DNA from: Heterodontus francisci
Taxonomy: Eukaryota
Direction: 5' to 3'
Length of the DNA: 64,000 nt
Assembly (NCBI RefSeq): GCF_036365525.1
Contig: NC_090376.1
Location: 141,988,966 to 142,052,965 of the forward strand
How positions within the stretch are numbered: position 1 is the first letter of the stretch; each line of letters begins with the position of its first letter. The notes under the pieces are model-generated. The model was given only the letters and a program-made list of their open reading frames with translations, did not search any database and had not been told where the DNA came from. Shown here in pieces: positions 34,952 to 46,325 of this stretch. The translations under genes and the position numbers were made by a program.

Positions 34952-36752
34952 ATAGTGGACGGGGGTGGGGGCGGGGGAACGGTTCAGTTGCATGGAAAAT
35001 TAGGAAGTTGAAGTTAAAGGAGAAGGTAGGAGTGCAGGTTAGTGATGAGGCTGATTGTTACCAGAAAATAAAAGGTAGGGACAGAATGTGTGAACGTCAT
35101 ATTGCACCAAGGAATAGTACAAGAGTAGGGAAATTTGATAATAGAAGAAACTTAAAGGCTTTGAATCTGAATGCACAAAGCATTTGGAACAAAATGAATG
35201 ACTTAACAGCACAAATAGAGACAAATGGGTATGACTTAGTGGCGATTACTGAGACGTGGTTGCAGGGAAACCAGTTTTGGGAATTGAATATCCAAGGGTA
35301 CTCAGTATTTTGGAAGGATAGGCAGGAAGGAAAAGGAGGTGGTGTAGCTTTGTTAGTAAAGGAAGAGATCAGTGCTGTAGTGAGAAATGATATAGGCACT
35401 GGAGATCAAGACGTAGAATCAGTCTGGATAGAAATAAGAAATAGCAAGGGAAAGAAGTCCCTGGTGGGAATAATCTATAGGTCCCGAAACAGTAGCTCTG
35501 CAGTGGGGCACAGTATAAACCAGGAAAAACTGGGGGCTTGTAAGAAAGGTGCGGCAATAATCATGGGTGATTTTAATATGCATGTAGACTGGATTAATCA
35601 AATTGGCAAGGGTAGCCTCGAAGGAGAGTTCATTGAATGTTTGAGATTGTTTTTTGGAGCAATATGTTGTGGAACCAACCAGGGAGCAGGCTGTTCTAGA
35701 TTTGGTATTATGTAATGAGGTGTGATTAATTAATGATCTCATAGTTAAGGATCCTCCAGGGAAGAGTGATCATAGCATGCTAGAATTTCAAATTCAGTTT
35801 GAGGGTGAGAAACTGGAGTCCCATACTAGTGTTCTGGAGTTAAACAAAGGTAATTACAGAGGCATGAGGACAGATTTGGCCCTAGTGGATTGGGCAGGAA
35901 GACTAAAAGGTAGGACAGTTGATGAGCAGTGGCAGAGGTTGAAGGAGATATTCAATTCCTCCAACTAAAATATATTCCAGAGAGAAAAAAAAATTGCAAG
36001 GGGGGGAAAACATCCATGGCTAAGCAAGGAAGTTAAGGATAACATAAAGACAAAAACGAAGGCACACCATATTGCAAAGGCTAGTAGCAGGTGGGAAGTT
36101 TGGGAAACGTTTAAAGATCAACAAAGGGTTATTAAAAAAGTAATAAAAAGAGCAAAGGTAAATTATGAAAGAAAACTAGCGCAAAATATAAAAACGGACA
36201 GCAAAAGCTTTTATAAGTATATAAAAGGGAAGAGAGTAGCTAAAGTGAATGTTGGTCCCTTAGAATTTGTGACTGGGGAGTTAATAGTGGGGAACACAGA
36301 AATGGCAGAGACACTAAATCAGTATTTTGCCTCAGTTTTCATGGTGGAGGACACTAGTACCATCCCAACAGTAACAGGTAATACAGAGGTTATAGAAAGG
36401 GAGGAACTTAGAACAATCATCATCACTAGGGAAAAAGTACTGAGCAAACTATTGGGATTGAAGGCAGACAAGTCCCCAAGGCCTGATGGCCTACATCCTA
36501 GGGTCTTAAAGGAAGTGGCAGCGGAGATAGTGGATCCATTGGTTATAATATTCCAAAATTCCCTGGATGCAGGAAAGGTTCCAGTGGATTGGAAAAATGC
36601 TAATATAATGCCTTTATTCAAAAGGGGAGGGAGACAGAAAGTAGGAAAATATAGACCAGTTATTTTAACATCTGCCGTGGGGAAATTGTTAGAATCCATT
36701 ATTCTCTTTGTCTCCTTATCTCGAGAGACAATGGGTAAGCACCTGGAGGTGG

Positions 36753-39700
36753 TCAGTGGTGTGTGGAGCAGCGCCTGGAGTGGCTATAAAGGCCAATTCT
36801 AGAGTGACAGACTCTTCCACAGGTGCTGCAGAAAAATGTGTTTGTCGGGGCTGTTACACAGTTGGCTCTCCCCTTGCACCTCTGTCTTTTTTCCTGCCAA
36901 CTGCTAAGTCTCTTCGACTCGCCACACTTTAGCCCCAACTTTATGGCTGCCCGCCAGCTCTGGCGAACGCTGGCAACTGACTCCCACGACTTGTGATCAA
37001 TGTCACAGGATTTCATGTCGCGTTTGCAGACGTCTTTAAAGCGGAGACATGGACGGCCGGTGGGTCTGATATCAGTGGCGAGCTCGCTGTACAATGTGTC
37101 TTTGGGAATCCTGCCATCTTCCATGCGGCTCACATGGCCAAGCCATCTCAAGCGCCACTGACTCAGTAGTGTGTATAAGCTGGGGATGTTGGCCGCCTCG
37201 AGGAATTCTGTGTTGGAGATACGGTCCTGCCACCTGATGCCAAGTATTCTCCGGAGGCAGCAAAGATGGAATGAATTGAGACATCGCTCTTGGCTGACAT
37301 ACGTTGTCCAGGCCTCGCTACCATAGAGCAAGGTACTGAGGACACAGGCCTGATACACTCGGACTTTTGTGTTCCGTGTCAGTGCACCATTTTCCCACAC
37401 CCTCTTGGCCAGTCTGGACATAGCAGTGGAAGCCTTTCCCATGCGCTTGTTGATGTCTGCATCTAGAGACAGGTTACTGGCGATAGTTGAGCCGAGGTAG
37501 GTGAACTCTTGAACCACTTCCAGAGCGTGGTCGCCAATATTGATGGATGGAGCATTTCTGACGTCCTGCCCCATGATGTTCGTTTTCTTGAGGCTGATGG
37601 TTTGGCCAAATTCATTGCAGGCAGCCGCAAACCTGTCGATGAGACTCTGCAGGCGCTCTTCAGTGTGAGATGTTAATGCAGCATCGTCAGCAAAGAGGCG
37701 TTCCCTGATGAGGACTTTCCGTACTTTGGACTTTGCTCTTAGATGGGCAAGGTTGAACAACCCGCCCCCTGATCTTGTGTGGAGGAAAATTCCTTCTTCA
37801 GAGGACTTGAACGCATGTGAAAGCAGCAGGGAGAAGAAAATCCCAAAAAGTGTGGGTGCGAGAACACAGCCCTGTTTCACACCACTCAAGATAGGAAAGG
37901 GGTCTGATGAGGAGCCACCATGTTGAATTGTGCCTTTCATATTGTCATGGAATGAGGTGATGATACTGAGTAGCTTTGGTGGGCATCCAATCTTTTCTAG
38001 TAGTCTGAAGAGACCACGTCTGCTGACGAGTTCAAAGGCTTTGGTAAGATCGACGAAAGCAATGTCGAGGGGATAAAAACAAGAAATGCTGGAACCACTC
38101 TGCTTCTCTTTCCACAGATGCTGTCAGACCTGCTGAGTTAACGTTTTGGGTCAGTGACCCTTCTTCGGAAGAAGGATCACTGACCCGAAACGTTAACTCT
38201 GCTTCTCTTTCCACAGATGCTGCCAGACCTGCTGAGTGGTTCCAGCATTTCTTGTTTTTATTTCAGATTTCCAGCATCCGCAGTATTTTGCTTTTATAGC
38301 AATGTAGAGGGGCATCTGTTGTTCGCGGCATTTCTCCTGTATCTGACGGAGGGAGAACAGCATGTCAACAGTCGATCTCTCTGCACGAAAGCCACACTGT
38401 GCCTCAGGGTAGACGCGCTCGGCCAGCTTCTGGAGTCTGTTTGGAGCGACTCGAGCAAAGACTTTCCCCACTGTGCTGAGCAGGGAAATTCCATGGTAAA
38501 TGTTGCAGTCACCGCGGTCACTTTTGTTTTTATAGAGAGTGATGATATTGGCATCGCGCATGTCCTGGGGTACTGCTCCCACGTCCCAGCACAGGCATAG
38601 CAGTTCATGTAGTGCTGAGAGTATAGCAGGCTTGGCACTCTTGATTATTTCAGGGGTAATGCTATCCTTCCAAGGGGCTTTTCCGCTGGCTAGAGAATCA
38701 ATGACATCACTGAGTTCCGATTTGGTTGGCTGTTTGTCCAGCTCATCCGAATGGTAGAGGCTGGGCTGCATTGAGGGCGGTCTCAGTGACACCATTCTCC
38801 CTGGAGTACAGTTCTAGGCAGTGCTCAACCCAGCGGTCCATTTGTTTGCGTTGGTCAGTGATTATGTCCCCTGATTTAGATTTGAGGGGGGCGATCTTCT
38901 TGATGGTTGGCCCAAGAGCTCTCTTCATGCCATCATACATTCCTCTGATGTTTCCGGTGTCTGAGGCCAGCGGAATATGACTGCATAGGTGTTGCCAGTA
39001 GTCATTTGCGCAGCGCCTGGCTGTTCTTTGAGCAGTGCTTCTGGCTGCTTTAAGTGCTACGGATGTTAAATCGCTGGGGGCTTTCTTGTAGTTGAACAGT
39101 GCAATGCGCATCGCGGCTATGACAGGTTCCAGCTCTTCATTATGAGATTGAAACCAGTCTGCATTTCTCTTCGCACTTTTGCCGTAGGTGGTCAAAGCTG
39201 ACTCATAGATGGCGTCTCTGTTGTGGGCCCATGGTCTCAGCATCCCCTGTGGGAGTGTTTTGAAGGGCTGTTACAGGTGAATTTAGAAATTTTTGTAACA
39301 GCTGTGAGTGAGAAATTCTGCTCGTGTTGATGCGCGGGTGGCCCTTCTGCTTGGAATGATGCAACTTCTTTGGACTGAGTCTAACCTTGCTGCACACCAG
39401 GGAGTGGTCGGTGTCGCAGTCCGCACTGTGGAAGCTGCGTGTGATTTGAACACTGTTTAAGGCGGCACGCCTTGTGACAATGAGGTCTAGCTGGTGCCAA
39501 CGATGTGATCTTGGGTGCCTCCATGAAACCTGGTAACAGGGTTTAGTGTGAAAGAACGAGTTGGTGATGCAGAGGTTATGATAGGTACACAACTCAAGCA
39601 GTCTCTGCCCGTTCTCATTCATCCTTCCAACGCCATAGCGCCCAAGGCAGGAGGCCCATGAGTCATGGTCGGCCCAAACCCTGGCATTAAAGTTCCCCAG

Positions 39701-40200
39701 CAGGAATAGGTATTCGGTGTTGGGGATGCTGCTAATGATGTTATGGAGTTGCTCGTAGAACTGGTCTTCAGCTTCAGGCGGGGAGCAGAGTGTTGGAGCA
39801 TAGATGCTGAGTAGGTGTACTGGACCAGAGGTGGTGAGCAGTCGGATGGACAGTATGCGTTCCGAGCCATTTGAGGGTGGCTCTATCATGCTGAGCAAGG
39901 AGTTTCTGATGGTGAAGCCCACTACATGCTGTCTTGGTTCTTCAGGATCCCTACCCTGCCAGAAGAAGGTGTAGTCTTGCTCTGTTAGAGATCCACTCGC
40001 GTGGAGGCGTGTTTCCTGAAGTGCTGCAATGTCTACATTGAGTCTACTGAGCTCGTTGTTAATGATGGCGGTCTTCCGAGAATCGTTGATTTGTGTAAGG
40101 TCTTCCGACTGGCCAGGACACATAGTTCTGACGTTCCAGCTTGCAAAGCGAAGGGCTGGTACCTTTCCTTTTTTCGTGTTGTTTGGTGCGGTCTTTCAGT
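36753..40200 (-). pseudogene. RTE endonuclease/reverse transcriptase ORF, few frameshifts and one insertion
   Basis: DIAALQET, SIYAPT, LGNFNARV, CDTDH (APE); QCGFR, GVKQGCVLAPTLF, LFADD (RT); C-terminal CSTCGRVCHSRIGLYSH zinc finger. Confidence 0.95.
38073..38297 (+). mobile_element. Penelope-derived fold-back insertion with hammerhead-like motifs
   Basis: 15-bp TSD AGCAATGT(C/A)GAGGGG (38058-38072, 38298-38312); inverted plus direct copies of GAAGAAGG(G/A)TCACTGACCCGAAACGTTAAC. Confidence 0.85.
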
Positions 40201-40739
40201 CCACCTTTCGGGCAATGACCCTGAGCTCCAAGCACCCATTGAAGCAGGTGGACTGTGGTGGGACAGAACCTTATTGACCGGGGGCTGCCCGGTTTGAGGC
40301 AGGCGGTAGCTGTCCAGTGAGGTGCGATGACCTCTCCCACCGACAAAGGCAACCCGTGGCGCCCAGTTTCTATGCCAATTTATCTGCACTTATAACCCGT
40401 AACTGCTGCCTTCCATGTTGTGTCAGTTGCTGTGAGGCAACTATGGAGTGACCTCTCCATGGCGCATGCCTGGGCAAATTTATGGAGGTTGAGAGTTGCC
40501 CAGTCATCAAAACCCCCCTCTCGGCCTTTCTGGTGGGGTCCAAAGGACTGCAGAGCACGACGTTTGGCACCGGTATGGCTGCAGGAACTGTCGGAAACAT
40601 GCCAAAGGTGACACATGACCGCCTACGGGGTTCAGCTCTGGATTTTCTGTTCGGGTTTACTCCCTTAGTCTTGGTCTCTCCCGAGACGCCCACAAGGCAG
40701 TGGGGTTGTTAGGGCCCCTACACAGGGGTAGGATGATGC

Positions 40740-40960
40740 TGGTGGGAGGAGGGGGTGCGAGGGGGAGGGGTGGAGGGAAGGGGGTGCGAGGGGGAGCTGG
40801 GAAGGGGGCTGTAAAGGGGTGGGGGGGGTGCAGGGGAAGGGGGTGCAGGGGGAAGATGGTGCGAGGGGGGGCCTGGGATGGGTTGTGAGGGCGTGAGCTG
40901 AGAAAGTGGGAAGGGAAAGGGGGGGTGGAAGGGGGGGGAAAGGGGGTGGGAAAGCGGGTG
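40740..40960. repeat. G-rich low-complexity tract (G-quadruplex potential)
   Basis: Many closely spaced GGG+ runs; GGGGTGC(G/A) units. Confidence 0.85.
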
Positions 40961-42395
40961 CAGGTAATAAGCCATTTCCTCAGTTCCCACCATCGACGTC
41001 CAGAAAGCTCATCCGCGTCCTTCGGGAGGTGAAGCATCTTTTGGCAGACTTACAAAGGTGATTATATTCACGAAGGGTTTTTTGATGTGGTTTATATAAA
41101 GGCATACAGCATTGCCGACAGTGCGCTGCAGATGCTCTCCGAGCCATCTCCCGCGGGCGCTTTGAAGTTGCGGCCGAGGAGCCATTCGTGGATTTTTGGG
41201 TGTTCGGGGCACCTTTTCGCAAGGCTTCCCTAGGGTCCCGCTGCTCCTTCTTCTCTGCAATGGATTTACCGCACGCCGTGGCCGCGGACACTCTGGACGG
41301 TGAAGACAGCAGGATCGGAGATCAAAGTATCACCAGCTGTACTCTTCATTTTCATCCGGACTGCGATCAATTTCATTGAGGAAACAAAGAGCAGGTATGG
41401 CTGGGGGAGGGCAGTGGGCCCAGGTAACATAAACAAGCTGTTAGCTTTTCGTTAGGGCTAAAATGAACTGATTTAAAGAGCCAGGGGAGTTTAAACAGTT
41501 TAAGAGGGTAGATTGGGGGAGAAAAGACTAAGAATGGGAGCAGATGGCCATGGATAGAGTTGAACACAAGGGAGCTTCCTGAGGAGCTTACAGCCCAGGA
41601 GTCATCTTGAGAGAGGAAAAAATCCATTATTAAGGAAGTAATAACAGGACATTTAGAAAGTCAAAATGCAATCCATCAGCGACAATATGGTTTTATGAAG
41701 GGTAAATCATGTTTGACTGATTTGCAAGTGTTCTTCGAAGATGTAACAAGTGAAGTGGATAATGGGGATCCTGCAAATGTAGTATATCTGGACTTCCAGA
41801 AGGCATTTGATAAGGTGCCACACAAAAGGTTAATACACAAGGTAAGATCACATGGGGTTAGGGACAATTTATTAGCTTGGACAGAGGATTGGCTAATCAA
41901 CAGAAAACAGACAGTTGGGATAAATGGGTCCTTTTCTGGTTGGCAAGATGTAACCTAGTGGTGTGCCACAGGGTTCGGTCCTCGGGGCCCCAACTATTTA
42001 CAATCTATATTAATGACTTGGATGCAGGGATAGAAGGTACTATAACCAAATTTGCAGATGACACTAAACTAGGTGGGATCGTAAGTTGCAATAAAGAAAT
42101 AAGAAATTTACGAATGGATATGGATAGGTTAGATGAATGAGCCAATATTTGGCAGATGGAGTAAAATGTGGATAAGTGTGAGGTTATCCATTTTGGTTGG
42201 AAGAATAGAAAGGCAAATTATCATCTAAATGGAGAGCAACTTCAGAGTGGTTCAGTGCAGAGGGATCTAGGTGTCCTCGTGCATTAATCGCAGAAAACTA
42301 GTATGCAGGTGCAGCAGGTAATAAGGAATGCAAACGGAATTTTGACATTTATTGCCAAAGGAATAGAGTATAAAAATAGGGAAGTGTTGCTGCAA

Positions 42396-43444
42396 TATTC
42401 AAGGGCTGTTTTTGCGATTGGAAGCCTGTGACCAGTGGTGTACCACAGGGATTGGTGCTGGGACCCTTGCAGTTTACATTAATGATTTAGATGTGAATAT
42501 AGGAGGTATGATCAGTAAGTTCGCAGATGACATGAAAATTGGCGGTGTTGTAAATAGTGAGGAGGAAATCCTTAGATTACAGGGAGATATAGATGGGCTG
42601 GAAAGATGGGCGGAGCAGTGGCAAACGGAATTTAATCCTGAAAAGTGTGAGGTAATGCATTTTGGGAGGACTAACAAGGCAAGGGAATACACAATGAGTG
42701 GTAGGACCCGAGGAAGTACAGAAAGTCAGAGGGACCTTGGTGTACTTGTCCATAGATCAGTGAAGGCAGCAGCACAGGTAGATAAGGTGGTTAGGAAGGC
42801 ATATGGGATACTTGCCTTTATTAGCTGAGGCATAGAATATAAGAGCAGGGAGGTTATGATGGAGCTATATAAAATGCTAGTTAGGCCACAGCTGGAATAC
42901 TGTGTACAGTTCTGGTCGCCACACTATAGGAAGGATGTGATTGCACTGGAGAGGGTGCAGAGGAGATTCACCAGGATGTTGCTTGGGCTGGAGCATTTCA
43001 GCTATGAAGAGAGACTGAAAAGGCTAGGGTTGTTTTCCTTGGAGCAGAGAAGGCCGAGGGGGGACATGATTGAGGTATACAAAATTATGAGGGGCATTGT
43101 TAGGTTAGATAGGAAGACACTTTTTCCCTTAGTGGAGGGGTCAAGAACCAGGGGGCATAGATTTAGGATAAGGGGCAGGAGGTTTAGGGGAGATTTGAGG
43201 AAACATTTTTTCACCCAGAGGGTGGTTGGAATCTGGAACACACTGCCTGAAGAGGTGGTGGAGGCAGGAACTCTCACAACATTTAAGAAGGATTGGGATG
43301 AGCACTTGAAACGCCATAGCATACAGGGCTACGAGCCAAGTGCAGGAATATGGGATTAGAATAGTTGGGTGCTGTATGGCCGGCACGGACATGATGGGCC
43401 GAAGGGCCTGTTTCTGTGCTGTATAACTTTATGACTATGACTCT
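42396..43444 (+). mobile_element. 5'-truncated CR1 (HER1-type) nested in CR1
   Basis: ORFs 42412-42828 and 42856-43359 (KFADD; [14 protein letters not shown]); host CR1 joins TGCTGCAA|CTGTACAAGG across it; (ATGACT)n tail. Confidence 0.93.
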
Positions 43445-44787
43445 AACTGTACAAGGCATTAGTGAGACTGCACCTGGAGTACTGCATACAGATTTGATCC
43501 CCTTACTTGAGGAGGGATGTAATTGCATTGAAGGCTATTCAGAGGAGGTTCACTAGATTGATTCCAGAGATGAGGGGTTTGTCTTATGAAGAGAGATTGA
43601 GCAGTTTAGGCCTTTAATCTCTTGAGTTTAGAAGAATGAGAGAAGATCTAATTGAGGTATATAAGTTGATTAACGGGATTGACAAAGTAAACGTAGAGAG
43701 GATGTTTCCTACTGTGGGGCAATATAGAACGAGAGGTCATAGTCTTAGGATAAGGGGTAGCAGAATTAAAACAGACTTGAGGAGAAATTACTTCTCTCAA
43801 AGGGTCGTGAGTCTGTCGAATTCACTACTCCAGAGTGCAGTGGATGCCGGGACATTGAGTAAATTTCAGGAAGAGATAGACAGATTTTTAATTAGTAATG
43901 GGTTAAAGATTAATGGAGAATGGGCAGGAATGTGGAGTTGAGGCCGAGCTGAGGTCAGCCATGATCGTATTGAATGGCAGAGCAGGCTCGAGGGGCTGAA
44001 TTGCCTACTCCTGCTCCTAGTTCTTATGTTCTTATGTAACACTATGCAATCTGGAGTGGTCAGTGGCAGTGGTGGCACAGAGGTGTCTGAAGTGCCAATT
44101 GTACCTCAGTTGGTGAATCCCTCCAGTGATCTGGAATGCCAGACAAGGACTGAGGATATCACTGAGGAGGAAAAGTTGACACCCCTAATGGGGTGCCTTC
44201 ATCATCATCGATCTCCTTGGCTGCTCTAACTCTGGGAGCCTCTGAACAGCAGGGACAAGTGATGAAGGCTGCTCTGAAATGATGCAGTTGCAGCAGCCTC
44301 CAGAGATATTCCTATGGGCGCCTTCTCAACGAGTACGACTGACACGTGCATCTCAGCAAAAGGCAGAGACCATTAAGCAGGCTGACTCCAACTCTTCCAA
44401 GGCCACAAAGGGAGCAGTGCCCAGGAGTGGCTGTTAAATTCCAGAAAGCTTGTTATGGAAGGATAATGCTGGAGCCTAACTTTACTCAGTTGCACATTTA
44501 TTGTACATAATAAAATGATTACAAACATGTAGCTCCTCAGTCAAACCCTCCCCCAGTCTCACGAAGGGTCTCCTTATAAGTTCTCAAGTAAGACCCCAGT
44601 TAACAACATCCACCTGCATATAATTAAACAATGGATACACAATTAGCATATTCCCTTCTTTTAAAATAAAACTTGTAATAAAAACATAATAAAAATGCTC
44701 AAACAACATTTCAAAATAAAGCAAATTAAATAGCATATTAGGTACAAAATATTACATTGCAAGACACCCCTCTTCTAACACCTCTCG

Positions 44788-46325
44788 CACAGGAACAGGA
44801 GTAGGCCATTCAGCCCATTTCGCCTGCCCCGCCATTCAATATGATCACATCTGATCATCCACTTCAATGACTTTTTCCCACACTATCCTCATATCCCCTT
44901 ATGTCATTTGTATTTAGAAATCTGTCAATCTCTGCTTTAAACCTACTCAATGATTGAGCTTCCACAGCCCTCTGGGGTAGAGAATTCCAAAGATTCACAA
45001 CCCTCTGAGTAAAGAAATTTCTCCTCATCTCTGTCCTAAGTGGCTTCCCTTTATTTTGAAATTGTGTCAGCTGGTTATAGACCACCCCCCCAACCAGGGG
45101 AAACATCTTACCTGCATCTACCCTGTCTATCCCATTAAGTATTTGTAGGTTTCAATGAGATCACTTCTCGTTCTTCGAAACTCAAGAGAATACTGGCCCA
45201 GTTTCCCCAATCTCTCTTCATAGGACAGTCCTGCCATCCTGGGAACAAGTCTGGTGAACCTTCGTTACATTCCCTCAATGGCAATACTATCCTTCCTAAG
45301 GTAAGGGGACCGAAACTACACACAGTATTCCAGGTGAGGTATAACCAATGTTCTATACAATTGAAGCAAGACTTTGATACTCCTGTACTCAAATCATCTT
45401 GTGATAAAGGCTAACATAGCATGAGCCTTCTTAATTGCTTGCTGCACCTGCATGTTAGCTTTCAGTGACTTATTGACGAGGACACCCAGGTCCCTTTGTA
45501 CATCTACACTTTCTAATCTCTTAACATTTAAGAAATATTCTGCACATCTATTCTTCCTGCCAAAGTGGATAACCTCCCAGTTTTCCACATTATATTCCAT
45601 CTGCCATGTTCTTGCCCATTCAATAAGCCTATCCAAATCTCCTTGAAACCACTTTGCATCTTCCTCACAAGACACATTCCCACCTAGTTTTGTGTCATCC
45701 ACAAACTTGGAAATATTACATTTGGTCCCCACATCCAAATCATTGATATATATTGTGAATAGCTGGGGCCCAAGCACTGATCCCTGAGGTACCCCACTAG
45801 TCACAGTCTGCCAATGCGAGAATGACCCATTTATTCCTACTCTCTGTTTTCTGCCTGTTAACCAATCCTTAATCAATGCCAGTATATTACCTCCTAATCC
45901 ATGTGCTTTAATTTTGCTAACCAATCTCCCGTGGGGACCTTTATCAAAGGCCTTTTGAAAATCCAAGTATACTACATCCACCGACTCCCCTTTACAATTC
46001 TGTTAGTAACATCCTCAAAGAACTCCACCAGGTTCGTCAAACATTATTTCTCATTCATAAATCCATGTTGACTATGACCAATAAGATTATTATTATCCAA
46101 GTGTCCATTTCTCACATCCTTTAGAATAGGTTCTAGCATTTTTTCTACAACTGATATAAGGCTAACAGATCTGTAGTTCCCTGTTTTCTCTCTCCCTCCC
46201 TTCTTAAATTATGGGTGACATTTGCTACCTTCCAACCTGCAGGAATTGTTTCAGAATCTATAGAATTTTGGAAGATGATCACCAATGCATCCACTATCTC
46301 CATAGTTACCTCTTTCAACACTCTC
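44788..46325 (-). mobile_element. 5'-truncated CR1 inserted at the end of Copia pol
   Basis: ORF 45394-45981 VYLDFQKAFDK...GVPQGSVLGPQLF...KFVDDTK; very similar to 61600-63150. Confidence 0.93.

Larger units (their letters stand above)
36704..41620 (-). mobile_element. Full-length RTE-clade LINE with long 5' extension
   Basis: 11-bp TSD AATCCATTATT (36693-36703, 41621-41631) inside CR1 ORF2; APE endonuclease and RT ORFs. Confidence 0.95.
33620..44037 (+). mobile_element. Full-length CR1 LINE (5' UTR, ORF1, ORF2, tail), interrupted by RTE and a second CR1
   Basis: ORF1 zinc finger plus esterase; endonuclease (ITETWL, MGDFN, SDH); RT (KSCLTDL, YLDFQKAFDKV, KFADDTK); (TTCTTATG)n tail. Confidence 0.95.

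Noticed and set aside
36753-37940. 395-aa ORF as an intact host gene
   Set aside because: It is the RT C-terminal part of the RTE element, cut off from the rest by a nested insertion and frameshifts.
40657-41037. Pro-rich and Gly-rich ORFs
   Set aside because: Translation artefacts of the G/C-run tract.
44788-46325. Segmental duplication with 61600-63150
   Set aside because: Similarity is confined to CR1 sequence with different truncation points and flanks, so these are independent insertions of one subfamily.
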